Part shown: positions 20,051 through 35,892 of the stretch, one piece after another
Position numbering within the stretch: the first letter of the stretch is position 1
How the letters are laid out: each line of letters opens with the position of its first letter
Source of the DNA: the human T2T-CHM13v2.0 reference genome, Homo sapiens
Length of the DNA: 64,000 nucleotides
Strand: one strand, 5' to 3'
Assembly: GCF_009914755.1 (NCBI RefSeq)
Contig: NC_060931.1
Made by a program: the position numbers and the translations under genes
The notes under the pieces: model-generated
Seen by the model: only the letters and a program-made list of their open reading frames with translations
The model's database searches: none
Told to the model about the DNA's origin: nothing

Positions 20051-21761
20051 CAACAGTTTGAGTTCCTTGTATATTCTGGCTATTAATTCCCTGTCCCATG
20101 AATAGTTTGCAAATATTTTCTCCTAGTCTATAGGTTATCTTTTTACTCTGTTGATTGTTTCCTTTGCTATGCAAAAGCTTTTTGTTTTTATATAATCTCA
20201 TTTATTTTTGCTTTTGTTGCCTATGTTTTTGAGGACTTATTCATAAAATCTTTTCCCAGAAACCAATGCCCTGAAGCATTTCTGCTGTTTTCTTTTAATA
20301 GTTTTGTAGTTCTGGGTTTTACATTTAGGTCTTTGATTCATTTTGGGGTTGATTTTTGTATAGGATGAGAGATGGGCATCTAGTTTCATTCTTCTGCATA
20401 TCCAGTTTTCCCAGAAGTATTTATTGAAGAGGCTATCCTTTCCTCAATGAGTGTTCCTGACACCTTTGTCAAAAATCAGTTAACTGTAGATACATGGATT
20501 GATTAATTTCTGGGTTCTCTATTCTGTTCCACTGATCTATGTGTCTGTTTTTATGCCAGTACTATGCTGTTTTGGTTACTACGGCTTTGTAGTATATTTG
20601 AAAGTCTGGTGGTGTGATGCCTCCTCTTTGTGCTCAGGATTGCTTCAGCTATTCAGAGGCTTTTGTAGTTCCATATGTATTTTGGGATTGTTTTTTCTGT
20701 TTCTGTGAAGAAAGTAATTGTTATTTTGACATGTGCATTGACTCTGTAGATTTCTTTGGGTTGTGGGGTCACTTTAATAATATTCTTCTGATCCACATGC
20801 ATGAGATGTCTTTCATTTGTTTGTATCCTCTTCAGTTTCTTTAATCAGCATTTTATAGTTTTCCTATAGAGGTCTTTCACCTCCTTGTTTAAATTTATTC
20901 CTAGGTATTCTTTTGTTGTTGCTGTAGTAAATAAGATTGCCTTTTTTATTTCATTTTCAGCTAGTTGATTGTTTGTGTTTAGAAATGCTACTGATTTGTG
21001 AATATTGATACTGTATCTTGCAATTATACTGATTTCATCTATCAGTTCTAAGAGTTTTTGGTATAGTCTTTAAGTTTTTCTATATATAAGATTGTGTCAT
21101 CTGCAAATAGACATTTTGACTTCCTCCTTTTCAACTTGGTTGCCTATTATTTCTTTCTCTTGACTAATTGCTCCAACTAGGACTTTCAGTAGTATATTGA
21201 ATAAGAGTTGTGAAAGTAGGCATCCTTGTCTTGTTCTAGTAGTCAGAGGAAACACTTTTGGCTTTTTCCTAGTCAGTATGATGTTAGTTTTGGCTTTGCC
21301 ATATATGGCCTTTATTATGTTGAGATATTTTCCTTCTATCCCTAATTTGAGAGGTTTTAATCATGAAAGAATGTTGACTTTTATCAAATGCTTTTTCTGT
21401 ATCTATCAAGATGACCATATGGTTTTTGTCTTTTATTCTATTGGTGTGATGTATGATGTTTATTGATTTGTATTTGTTGAACCGTCCTTGCGTTCCTCAG
21501 ATAAATTCCCCTGAATCATGATGTATTATCTTTTTGATGTGTTGTTAGATTTGGCTTGCTAATATTTTGTTGAGAATTTTTATGTGTATGTGCATCGAAT
21601 ATATTAGCCTGCAGTTTTCTTCTTTTTGTTGTCTTCTTGTCTAGTTTTGGTTTCAGGGTTATCCAGGCCTCATAGAATGAGTTAGGAAGAATCAGTCTGC
21701 TTCAATTTTTTGGAATAATTTGAGAAAAATTGATATTAATTCTTCCCTAAAGGTTCAGTAA

Positions 21762-22112
<351 letters not shown>

Positions 22113-22269
22113 TTGGGAGACATTTTATTACTGATTCAATCTGGTTACTTGTTATTGGTCTGTTCAGGTTTTCTGTTTCTTCCTGGTTCAATCTTGGTAG
22201 GTGTTGCGTGTCCAGGAACTTATCTAGTTTCTCTAGGTGTTCAAATTTATTTGTGTATAGTTGTATGTT

Positions 22270-22603
22270 TTTTTGTTTTATTCTGTTTTGTTTTTTTAGA
22301 CAGGGTCTCACTGTCTCCCAGGCCAGAGTGCACAGGCGTGATCATAGCTCACTGTAACCTCAAACTTCTGGGTTCAAGCAATCCTCCTGCTCCAGCCTTC
22401 TGAGTGGCTAGGACTATAGGTGTGCACCACCATTCCCAGCTAATGTGTGTGTGTGCGTGTGTGTGTGTGTGTGTATACGTATATTAGAGATAGAGTTTTG
22501 CTTTGTTGCCCAGGCTGGTCTTGAACTCCTGGAATCAAGTGATCCTTCCTCCCCAGTCTCCCAAAGCAGTGGGATTACAAGCATGAGCCACTGCACTCAT
22601 CCC
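22270..22603 (-). mobile_element. AluJ with (TG)n in the linker
   Basis: Diverged dimer; TG repeat 22444-22473. Confidence 0.85.
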
Positions 22604-23399
22604 AAGTTGTTCATAGTTCAGCATTTCTGTGGTATCTGTTGAAAAGTCTCCTTTTTGATTAAATGGGGAATTTAATCCGTTTACATTCAAGGTGATTATT
22701 GATAAGTGAGGCCTTCTCCTGTCATTTTATTGATTGTTTTCTTCTTGTTTTCTATTTCCTTTTTTCCTCTCTTATTGTTTATTTTTGTGGTTGGGTAGTT
22801 TTCTGTAATAAGATTTGGTTCTTTTCTCTTTCTTCTTTATCAACTCTACTGGTGAGTTTTATAGTTTCACATGTTTTTATGATGGTGGTTATCATCCTTT
22901 TACTTCCAACTGTGAGACTCCCTTGAGCATTTCTTATAAGGCTGGCTTAGTGGTGATGAATTTACTGAGTTTTTGCCTGTCTATGAAAGGTTTTATTTCT
23001 CCTTCATTTCTGAAAGATAGCTTTGCTGGATATAATATTCTTGGATGGCAGTTTTTTTTTTCTTTTCAATATTTTGAATATATCATCTCATTCTCTGCTG
23101 GCCTGTAAGGCTTCTACTGAGAAATCTGTTATTAGTCTAATGGGAATTCCATTGTATGTGACTTGATGTTTTCTCTTGGTTTTAGAATTTCTTTGTGTTT
23201 GTCTTTTGACAATTTGAATATATTTTGCCTTGGAGAGGATCTATTTGGGTTGCGTCTATTTGAGGTTCATTGAGCTTCCCGGACCTAGATGTCCATCTCT
23301 CTCCCAATATTTGGGAAATTTGCAGCTGTTATTTCATTAAATATGTTTCCTTACCTTTTCCCTTCTCTTCTGCTTGGCTGGCCTGTGGATGTATGTATC

Positions 23400-23960
23400 T
23401 GCTGTAGATGGCCCGTGGGGCTGTTTCTCAGGTTTGGGACATGGGTACAAGGCTGCTCGGGGAGCTCAGGAGTGTGTCCACCATAGATGGCCCTCAGAGC
23501 TGTTTCTCAGGCCCTTGACATGGCTTCACAACTTCTTGGCTGGTGTGGGACATGCCCCACATGGAGCTGTTTATAGGCCCAGGAGCAGGCACAGGGCTGC
23601 TCAGCCAGCCTGGGAATGAATCTGTCTACCGGGGGGGCCCACAGGACTTTCTCAGGTTTGGGATGCAGATGCAAGGCTGCTTGGCTGGCTCAGGGGTGTG
23701 GCTCAGGAGTGAGCCCTCCATAGGCCCACAAGTGATATGTTTGCTAGAGGTGGCCCACAGGGATGTTACTCAGGTCCAGTCATGGGCTCATGGCTGCTTG
23801 GATGGGCTGAGGGTATGCCTACCAGGAGCAGCCTGCTGTGCCCAGGGACAGGACTGTTTCTTAGACCTTGATTGCAGGTGGAGAGCTGAGGGCATGTCTG
23901 CAGTGGGGGAGTGCTGTAGGGCTGTGTCTCAGGACCTGAGTGCAGATGTGTAGCCTCTCT
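23400..23960. repeat. Degenerate ~70-115 bp unit array in the L1 5'UTR
   Basis: Core ctgtttctcagg variants at 23421, 23500, 23567, 23647, 23763, 23854, 23922. Confidence 0.65.
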
Positions 23961-24824
23961 GCCAGCCCGAGGGATGTATCAGCTGCTTAGAGACGTGGGG
24001 GGCACTCTTCCACTTGGAGGGCATATAGCAGTTTTCTCTGGCTCAAGGGCAGGTTTGCCTTAGGTGGGAGTGCCAGACTGTTCCTCTGACTGGAAGTGTG
24101 GCAGTGGCAGCAGAGTGTTGGGGAGCAGAGGGGAAGGGAGGTTGGTTTCCCTGCTGTGCAGGACTGGAGTCACAGCCGATCCTGGGCCCAGGCTTTGCAT
24201 AGTTGGGGTTGTGGTTTTCAGCCACCCATGTGAGTGTGATGGAATGAAGATGGAGCCCCAGTGCTAGAGAAGTTCACTGGCTACTAACCTCCAGAGCAGG
24301 GTGCACTCCAGAGGTGGCTCTGGTCTCAAGATGGCACCATGCTGCAGCAGCTTTTCTCACAGGGAGTGGTTGGGTGGGGGAGGGGAGTGTGCACCCTGTG
24401 CTCCTAATCTGGGGCAGTGCAGCTGCATGAATTCCTGGCAGCTCTCCAGACTGGGCTTGGGGCTTGCAAGGACTGTGGGATTCTCCTGTAGTAAGGATTG
24501 TAGGTGTTTGCAGTGGCAGTGGGGGCTGGTAGGGATCTTCTGCTTACCTTTTCCCTGAAATGGGAAGTCCCTCCTGACTCTGGGCTGATCCAGTCTGGGT
24601 TGGGGAGACAGGGCTGCAGTGGCCAGGTACTTCCATGCTGCCCTCCAATCTCATCACGTGCATCTCCAGTTTCTCGCTGCACCCTAGTACTCTCCCATTG
24701 ACACTCAAGCTGAATCTTAGCTGTTTATGTGATGCCTAGGTTCTTTCTTATGGGGGGGATGAGTGCTGGGTGTCTCTAGTCAGTCATCTTATTGATGTCA
24801 CCCTCTGAAATTAAAAATATTTAA

Positions 24825-25440
<616 letters not shown>

Positions 25441-26357
25441 TGAATCTTAAATTACTCTTTAAGTAGTGGAGTTATTTGAACACCATGGCTTATATGTTCT
25501 CACAATTTAATTTCCTTAGAAGGAATTGAGGTAACTTTTCAAATAGATCAGAACAAGGAGAAAGTTATTTTAGACAAGGAATATTACCTGGAGTAGAAGG
25601 CAGGCATGAAAGTATATGGTATATTTGTGAACCTGTGTAGCTAGAATGTAAGGTATGTGTAGCTAGAATGTATGGATGGGAGGTTGGGGAGGGCGGGTAA
25701 TTGAAACTGTGTGAAACAAAGTAGAGACGATAGATGCTACTGACTGGAGAAATAATAAATCTATGGTCAAATTGTAAAAGAAGGGTTTTGAATACAGTGT
25801 TGATTAAACTCTTTTCTTTGGCAGTGGGAGACTAGAGATTTTTAAGTGATGAGGTCAGTATTTTAAAAAGATAAGTAGTGAAAGTAAAGCAACAATAATA
25901 GATTGTTAGTGTAGTCCTGGTATTAGATATCAGCTTGTACCAGGTGTATGGTAGTGGGGCTAGAGAGGGATCATATGAGAGAAGTTTGGAGGTATGACAA
26001 ATACGTTATATTAATTTATTCCTTCATAATTATTGAGTGGTTTCTGTGTGCCAGGTATAGAATTGATAGTGGTGGGAGGTGGGAAAGGGGAGGAAACAAG
26101 AAAGATTCTAGGGTTCTTTGTTGGAAAATTGAGCAGATAGTAAAAGATAAGATTTGAGGAGGGAAAATACATCCTGGTTTGTTTTTTTTTTTTTTCTTGG
26201 AGGTAGTTGTAACAAATTCACGGAAGAGCTTAGTTTATGATCTTGTGTTTTTTGCTTAGTATCTTGAGTTTATAAAAAGAATTGAAACTGGGTATCCTCC
26301 CTTTACTTCCTTTTGTTAGAAATAGCAGAAGTAAAAGTGCAGCTGTTGTTAGTTTAG

Positions 26358-26604
<247 letters not shown>

Positions 26605-26672
26605 TAAATTTAACTTTTTAATTGAGTCAGTAATGTAAAAGATTAAGTACTTAAATGTTAAAAGAAGTAAAA

Positions 26673-26985
26673 TGGCAAGCACAGTGGCTTACTCCTGTAA
26701 TCCTAACACTTTGGGCTGCCAAGGTGGGAAGATTGTTTGAGACCAGGAGTTCAAGGCCAGCCTGGACAACATAGCAAGACCCCACCTCTACCAAAAAAAA
26801 AAAAACGTTAGCCGAGTGTGGTGGCACACACCTGTAGTCTTAGCTACTTGGGAGGCTGAGAAAGGGAGGAACACTTGAGACCCCAGGAGTTTGAGGTTGA
26901 AGTGAGCCATGATTGTGCCACTGCATTCCAGCCTGGGTGACAGAGCGAGCCTCTGTCTCTAAATAACAACAACAACAATAATATA
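26673..26985 (+). mobile_element. AluJ
   Basis: Dimer with (CAA)n tail. Confidence 0.9.
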
Positions 26986-27759
26986 AATGAGAGATTTCTG
27001 AGTAAAAATGAAGTGGGGTCACAGATTTTTTCTTCACTAAAACCAAATTAAGGAAAGAGTAGATGGTGGGTTGAAGAAAGAGGGCAGAAATGGAAAGAAG
27101 CAGACAAAAAAGGGGTATCTGTAGCTTTATACCAAATACTTCAAAAAGTGGAAGGTAAAGAAAGAATGAGAAGATACTAGTTGTATATGACAAGGCTTCT
27201 AATCCCAGCCCCGTATCCCAGAAACAAGACAAAGGAAAGAGGAAGCCTACAAAATATTGCGATATCTCATTCATACTTTTAGAGAAGTAGACCTAGGAGG
27301 TGAATAGGAAGCAAAAAGTCAAGGAAAAATCCTTGAGAAGACCCTACATACCAGCGCTGAGCCTCAGCAGAGGCAACAAGCACTGGCATTTTGAATGGTA
27401 CTCTGAGTTAAGGGCAAGAGCCAAAGCCCATGAAGGTAGGCTAGATCCCTAACTAGGGAGATCAGTCTTGGTACAGGACATTTAAGGACACCTCAGCAAT
27501 GCCTGTGCTCAGTCCAATTTTAGCTCTTCCTTTTCTGTGTCGTTGGATTATAGAAAAGTAGATTAAGAGTAGTTCCTGATTCTCAAACTGAAGTTTGTGT
27601 GTGTATGCATAAAGACGTGTACACAAAAATAAAAATGGCCCCAACTAAGATGAGAAAGGTGTTAGGGGTGGCCGAGCAGAATCTTGGATATCAGAGTGAA
27701 TAGGAGCTGAGGATAGCAGTTTCTGTATTAAACGTGATAAAAAAAATAGCATGGCAACT

Positions 27760-28260
27760 CTACAAATATAGGAGAAAAATAAACGAAAGAAGTAACTCTG
27801 AAAAGACTGTCCTAGGTAAGAATAGCTGATATCCCTAAAATAGAGACTTCAACAAATGGAACAGAAAAAGTATTGAGAAATAAAATCCAGACAAAAGCTT
27901 TTGAAATGAAATGTGTATTTGCAGATTGACAGGCACACTAAATGCTAGGAAAAAAATATGAAATGATTAAAATTGACCATATCCTAGTAGTTTTTAACTT
28001 CAAAACTAAGGAGAGAATTATTTTGGTATCCTGGCCAAAAAGAGAAAAACATGACCTATATACAAAGAGAAAAAAATTCAAGATGGAGAATTATTTTGTT
28101 ATCCTGGCCAAAAAGAGAAAAACATGACCTATACAAAGAGAAAAAAATTCAAGATGGCTGAATTTTAATTTCTCAATTATTGTCAATTCCAGAAGACAAT
28201 GGAAAAATGTTTACAAAGTTTTGACGGTAGGAAGTTGTCAACCAGAAGTATTATACCCAA
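27760..28260 (+). mobile_element. Ancient L1 ORF1-like fragment containing a local tandem duplication
   Basis: A-rich; tgcagattgacaggcacac..atatcctagta..ccagaagacaatgga..caaccagaagtattataccca. Confidence 0.45.
28013..28156 (+). repeat. Tandem duplication, 2 x ~72 bp
   Basis: gagaattattttgKtatcctggccaaaaagagaaaa(a)catgaccta(ta)tacaaagagaaaaaaattcaagatg twice (28013-28085, 28086-28156). Confidence 0.9.
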
Positions 28261-28261
28261 C

Positions 28262-28702
28262 AGTATCAGTTAGATTTCTTTTGGCTGCTAATAACAGTGG
28301 CTTAAACTATAAGGATTTATAACCTTGGGTACAAAAAGTATGGAAATAGTCAGTCTAGAACTAGTATGGTGGCTTCACCCAAGGCAACCCAGGATCTTTC
28401 CTATCTATGAACACACCTGGTTTCTAGTCTCAATGTCACTGTCCATGGTGGCTGCTGGAGCTGTCGTCATTAAAATAACATTGAAAGGATCAGGAAAAGG
28501 GAGGAGAGAAAGAAAAAAAGTGCTTTTCCCAACTACAAGTACTACCCAACACTTTTGGTGGTGTTTGGAGCAGAACTTAGTCTTGGCCACATCTAACTGC
28601 AAGAAAGGTTAGGAAAGGTCTTTATTTTGGGCAACAGGGTGCCAGCACAATTTTCAAAGAGGATGATGGAATAATGGGTGTCAATTAGCAGTCTCTGCCA
28701 TG
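28262..28702 (-). mobile_element. Old MaLR/ERVL LTR (MLT1-like)
   Basis: atcagttagatt..ggctgctaataacagtggcttaaac..ggccacatctaactgcaagaaagg..gcagtctctgcca. Confidence 0.55.
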
Positions 28703-29267
28703 CCAACCAAGTGGTTAATCAAATACACAGGAAGCAAGCAGATGTTCTCTAACATGTAAGAGCACAGAGAATATAGCACTCCTTTCTTGAAAAATACTGC
28801 TTGATGATTAAATCAAGTCAACCTCAAATGAAACAAAATTAAATAGTGATGACTTCAGGTATGGCAAAGCCATCTTAAAAGAATCGGGGGTGATCATCAG
28901 ATCCATTTAAATACAGAAGAAAATGGAACAACTTTGAGAATGGTGGCTGTGGAATAAAATCTAAATGTTAGATCTTTGGAGAAGTATAAGCATGTTGATT
29001 ATGTCTGCTTTCATAGCAGGAAGTCATGGATACCATGTAAAGTTGAACATGTAGATAAAAGTTAAAATCACTGTGGATTTATTAAAGAATGATTTTTGTC
29101 ACTTTTTTCTTTTGTTTTGATGGCTCTATAAGCTAAGGAAACTTTTTTCTAAATGTTAGGAGGAACTTTTAAGACCTAAATAACTCGTGTGGCAAGACAT
29201 CTGAAGTTCATGAGTTCTTCCAGTTTTCATTTTCTTTTCTTAGAATTCGTGGAAAATTAAATTAATA

Positions 29268-29864
<597 letters not shown>

Positions 29865-30380
29865 CTCAATAGTATTTTTGATGATGAGGTATTGTTAGCA
29901 AATTTTAATCTCTAAATTAAGTCATTTTTAAGGTCTGTTAACTCTTTAAGCCGTTTAGTTAACTCTTTAAGCCATTTAGATATCATTTAGTCCATTACTA
30001 TTTTGATAAAGAGTACTTGGAACACTAATTTAGAACGTTTCTGCTGAAGACCAGTAATAACATGTCCATGTTTGAATTGAGCCTGATAGGTTGGTGGTAA
30101 AACTTTCCTGTGAGTAAATGAGGAAGTTAAACCATTTAAATGGATCATATTTCATTACTGATTTTTCTAAGCAGCACAGCAGTCAAATAAAACAAAAAGC
30201 CAATACATTATAATTAGCTATTTAAAGGACCTTTAAGTACTTAACAAAACAAAAAACCCAAAGAATGCTCAAGGAATGGTAGAGTAAATTAATTCATCTG
30301 TGGTGGTACTTTGGTTGGTAATAGTAATATTGAAGTTAAGGAACCCTGAAATTTAAAAAGTTGCTTTAAAAGACATATCA

Positions 30381-31110
<730 letters not shown>

Positions 31111-32277
31111 GAGATTATAGCTATAGGGATTCACTTAGATTTTGTAACAGCACAAAACACTTTTATTTAGTACGGGTATAGAGAGATGTTACTTGCCTGT
31201 AGTTTTTTCTTCTTAGATTATGTATCATCTTCTAGCCCAAAGTACACAGACTATGCATTGGTTCCATTAAGGAAAATAAAAATTACAAATATTCTTTTTA
31301 TGACTGGTATAATAGAAAATGTATAGCTGTTTATTAGACCTTATTTTGCATTTTGTTTAAAATTACAACTTTGACCATAAAATGTGTGGTGTTTATTCTT
31401 TCAAATATTTCCATGAAATATTATCCTCCTTCCAGATGAAGAATTAAAATTGTTCTTATAAGTTGTAATAATTTATAGATCACATGATTACAAAGTAGGA
31501 ACCCTGAAACTAGTAGAAGATTTCATTCTTTTTGTTTAGCTTTTGTATCATTATGAAAGATGTGATTTGAACCTTAACATTTATTACCCTTTAAGGGCAG
31601 AGCAACTTTGTTCCCAGTTTTCAAGGTCTAAAAATTTCTTGTTTTGGTTGTGGTGAAGGCAACTGAGTTATATTTAACTTTAGCATTTAGGAATGGTGTT
31701 AGACTAGACTTTAACTTATTTTCATTAGACCTTTTAGATCTGCAATATGTAAAACCTTTTAAATCTTAATGTATTGGTGACTGAGTGACATGTCAGTAAA
31801 TAAATGAACCATGTTTATTATACTTCATGATATCTTTGTACCCTTTAATGTTATGAAAAAGTATGTTTGTTTATGTGCATGTTGGGGGAGTACAGGAGTT
31901 GGACAGGTAGAGTTTTCAATTCTAGCCCTCAAATTCATCTGTGGTGGTACTTTGGCAACTTTTTAATATGGTGTGTAAACATTTGTGTTTAATATAGGCG
32001 AAAAGTTTTAGGAAAATTCAGAGATAATAAAGACATTGGACTGCTCTCAAAGAACGTGTGGGTGGGAGGTGGGGGCACATACAGATAAGTACACTAAAGT
32101 CTATATAAAACAATATAGTAAGTACACAGCAGTCCCCCTTATCTGTGAGGGTTATATTCCAAGATCCCCAATGGAAACCTGAAGCCACAGATAGTACCAA
32201 ACCTATATTTGCTGTGTTTTTTTCCTGTATATACATACTTATGATAAAGTTTATATTATAAATTAGGTACAGTAAGA

Positions 32278-34876
32278 CAGGGTCCCCAACCAGTTGGTCT
32301 GCGGCCTGGTAGGAACCGTGGGCTGCACTACGGGAGGTGAGCCAGTGGGCAAGTGAGCGAAGCTTCATCTGTATTTACAGCTGCCTCCCATCACTTCCAT
32401 TACCATCTGAGCTCTGCCTCCTGTCAGATCAGCAGCGGCATTAGATTCTCATAAGAGTGCGAACCCTATTCTCAGCTGTGTATGTGAGAGATCTCGGTTG
32501 CATGCTTCTTATGAGAGTCTAATGCCTGATTGTCTGAGGTGGAGTTGAGGCAGTGATGCTTGCGCTGGGGAGCAGCTGCGAATACAGATTAACGTTAGCA
32601 GAGAGGTTTGACTGCACAGAGATCATAATAAATAAATTGCTTGCAGACCCATATCAAAACCCTGTCAGTGAGTTGAGTGCTTCATTTGTACAGCTGCATC
32701 TGGTGACAGGCTTTAAGTCAGAATCCAACACTTAATTTTAGTCCATGCATGACCCGCCCATTATTTTACTTACCTTATCCGTCCACATTTCTTTGTCACA
32801 CTGGGCACTTACCTCAGTCACAGATTTGGTTAAGCCCACAAGCTAACCTTAGCCAAAATGAGTAAATAACAAAACATTACTAGAGAGCTTCTTTGTAAAG
32901 GGGGAAGACCCAATGATGAGACAGCAGAAGACTCTTAAGACTGCCAACAAAAAGAAAGCTGCATTTAAAAGAAAACACCAAGAGTCCCACTTAAATTATG
33001 GGTTCATTGCAACAGGTGATTCACATTCTCTAGGCCTGCTTTGTGTATGTGGTGACTGGCTATCCAACAAGCCATGAAACCTTCAAAAGTGCTTTGTCAC
33101 GTGGAGACCACTTATCCTGCATTGAAAGACAAGGCTTTGGAGTTTTTCAAAAGAAAAAAACGTGAACATGAAGAACAGAAGCAATTATGGAAGGCCACCA
33201 CTTCATCAAGTGTGTCTGCACTGAGAGTATTATTCTTAGCGGCTAAAGCATTGCTAAAGCTAAGAAGCCGTTTACTATTGGTGAAGAGTTGATCCTGCCT
33301 GCTTGCTGTTAAGGACATTTGTTACGAACTTTTAGGAGAGGCTGCAGTTCAGAAGGTGGCACATGTTCTTTTTTCAGCTAGTACCATAACTAGATTATTT
33401 GATGAAATAGAGGATATTGAGGCACAATTGTTAGGATTAATGAGTCACCATGGTGTGTAATCCAGGTTGACAAGTCTACTGACGTTGACAACAAGGCAGT
33501 AATGCTTGTTTTTGTGTGATACACTTCTCAGGAGGACGTGCATGAGGGTATGTTATGTGCCCTTTTGTTGCCAACCAATACCACAGCTGTAGAACTGATT
33601 TGGTAATTTTGTGTTGGTATATGCATGAACAGAGCACGGCTGCCATGACTGGACAGCTTTCTGGTTTCACTACTTGGGTCAAAGAGGTTGCTTCTGAATG
33701 CGAGTCTACGCACTGTGTCATCCGTAGAGAAATGCTGGCTAGGCACAAAATGTCACCGAAACTTAACCAACATTTTGCAGGATGTGATTAAAATTATCCA
33801 CATTAAAGTACGTGCCCTTAGTTTATGTCTGTCTGTGCAGCTCTGTGAGGAAATGGATGCAGAGCACACACAGCTTCTCTTATATGCAGAAGTAAGATGG
33901 CTTTCTAAGGTAGATCACTGGCCAGAGGTTTTGAGTTACAAGGTCTCTCCAGAGATTTTTTTTTTTTTTTTAGAAAAATAGTTATCACTGGTAGCACATT
34001 TCAGTGATGCAGAATGGGTCACAAAACTTGCTTACTTGTGTGACATATTCAACCTGCTCAAAGAACTCAGCTTGTCACTTCAGGGGAGAATGACAAATGT
34101 GTTCGAGTCAGTAGATAAAGTGGCTGCATTCAAAGCCAAACTGGAATTGAGTGAACATTGAGGGATTTTTTTTGACATGCTTCAAACATTAACAGAGATT
34201 TTTAAAGAGACTCAGCCAGGACCTTCTTTCTCCCAGCTGGTGCATGATCACCTATCTCAGCTTTCAAAAGAGTTTGAGCATTACTTCCCAACCACAGAAG
34301 ACCCCCGAACTGGGAAGTAATGGATCCACAAGCTGTTTGTGAATAAGCCAGCTGTATCGACTTTGTCCGTGCTAGAAGAGGATCAACTGCTTAAGGTCAC
34401 AAATGATGGTGGCCTTAAAAGTATGTTTGAGACAACTTCAAATCTCCATACATTCTGGATTAAAGTCAAGGCGGACTATCCTGAGATTGCCACAAAACAC
34501 TGAAAAGTCTGTTTCCATTTCTAACATCGTATCTTTGTGAAGCAGGGTTTTCTGTAGTATAGTTAACAGCAACCAAAATGAGATTATGGAATAGACTGGA
34601 CATAAACAATACACTTTGGGTGTCACTGTCTTCCATCATCCCCAGATGGGACCATCTAGTTGCAGGAAAACAAGCTCAGGGCTCCCACTGATTCTATGTT
34701 ATGGTGAGTTGTATAATTATTTCATTATATATTATAATGTAATAATAATAGAAATAAAGTATACAATAAATGTAATGCTCTCGAATCATCCCAAAACCAT
34801 CCCCCCTACCCTGGCCATGGAAAAATTGTCTTCCACAAAACCAGTCCCTGGTGCTAAAAAAGGTTGGGGACTGCTG
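32278..34876 (+). mobile_element. Near full-length Charlie3/MER1 hAT DNA transposon (dead)
   Basis: TIRs cagggtccccaacc / ggttggggactgctg; TSD cagtaaga / ca(a)gtaaga; MER1-type ends. Confidence 0.88.
32858..34660 (+). pseudogene. Frameshifted hAT (Charlie/Buster, ZBED5/SCAND3-like) transposase
   Basis: Fragments MKPSK..H.ET..PALKDK.LEFFKRKK (33074), THCVIRREMLA (CxxH-derived), LLLYAEVRWLS; many stops and frameshifts. Confidence 0.85.
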
Positions 34877-35401
34877 CAAGTAAGAGATAGATAATAACTA
34901 ATAATAAAATAGGACAATCGTAACAGTATACTCTAATGAAAAGTTATGGAATTTGGTCTCTGTCTCCAAATATTTTACTGTACTGCAGTTACTGCAGTAA
35001 CTGAAATGTGGAAAGCAAAGCCTTGGATAAAGGGAGTGCTACTCTAAGGGGAACACAGAACAGGATGAGAAATATTAAATGGAAGAATTTGGGAGAAACT
35101 TACGGAGAAAGTGGAATTTTGGAAGTCTTGTCAAAATCTTCCTTGTTTTAGAAAGAGAAGTGTTAATTTTGGCACAGAGGTAGAAAAATGTTGAAAGTAT
35201 GGGATGGTTGAAACAAGACATATGAGAAGATGATGAGCAATAATGTTGGACAATTAAGGTCAGATTGTAGAGAGTCTAAATACTTGTGGATTTTATTTTG
35301 TAAGCAGCAGAGAATGATACAAGGTTGTTGGAATGGAATAATAATATGAGAGTCTGAGGAGATTTATAAAAACTACCTTTAAAAAATTAAAAGCTCTTTA
35401 G

Positions 35402-35755
35402 GGCCAAGCGCAGTGGCTCACACCTGTAATCCCAGCACTTGGGGAGGCTGAGGTAAGAAGATTGCTGAAGACAGCAGTTCAAGACCAGCCTGGGCAGCAT
35501 AATGAGACTCCATCTCTCTCTACAAAAGATTTAAAAAATAGCCTAGTTTGGTGGCATGCAACTTTTTGTGTGATATACTTCTCAGCAGGATGTGCATGAG
35601 GATATGTTATGTGCCCTTTTGTTGCTGAGTCTAGCTACTTGGGAAGCTAAGGCAGGACAGTCACCTGAGCCCAGGAGTTTGATGTTACAGTGAGCTATGA
35701 TCAAGCCACTGCACTTCAGTCTGGGTGACAGTGAGACCCTATCTCTAAAAATAAA
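35402..35755 (+). mobile_element. AluJ carrying a 63-bp Charlie3-derived insert
   Basis: Dimer interrupted at 35563-35625. Confidence 0.9.
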
Positions 35756-35892
35756 TTAAATAAGATATTTTTTATTTAGTTTAACAGTTTCTACTATGTT
35801 AAATTCCATATATGTAACACTAATTTAAGTAGTAATATTAATGTTTTTGGGTGTGTTAGAATTCAGAGAAACTTCTGTACATTATTGGAATT

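Larger units (their letters stand above)
32128..35042. mobile_element. MER44/Tigger7-type MITE split by Charlie3
   Basis: cagcagtcccccttatc.. left end; resumes ~34886 (ataactaataataaaatagg); ends ggataaagggagtgctact. Confidence 0.8.

Noticed and set aside
23400-23960. CRISPR-like repeat-spacer pattern
   Set aside because: Degenerate, irregularly spaced, inside an L1 5'UTR in mammalian DNA; no cas genes
29934-29980. Short tandem duplication gttaactctttaagccRttta
   Set aside because: Ordinary slippage with no further signal
32858-34660. Possible domesticated transposase gene
   Set aside because: Multiple stops and frameshifts; TIRs and TSD indicate an ordinary dead copy
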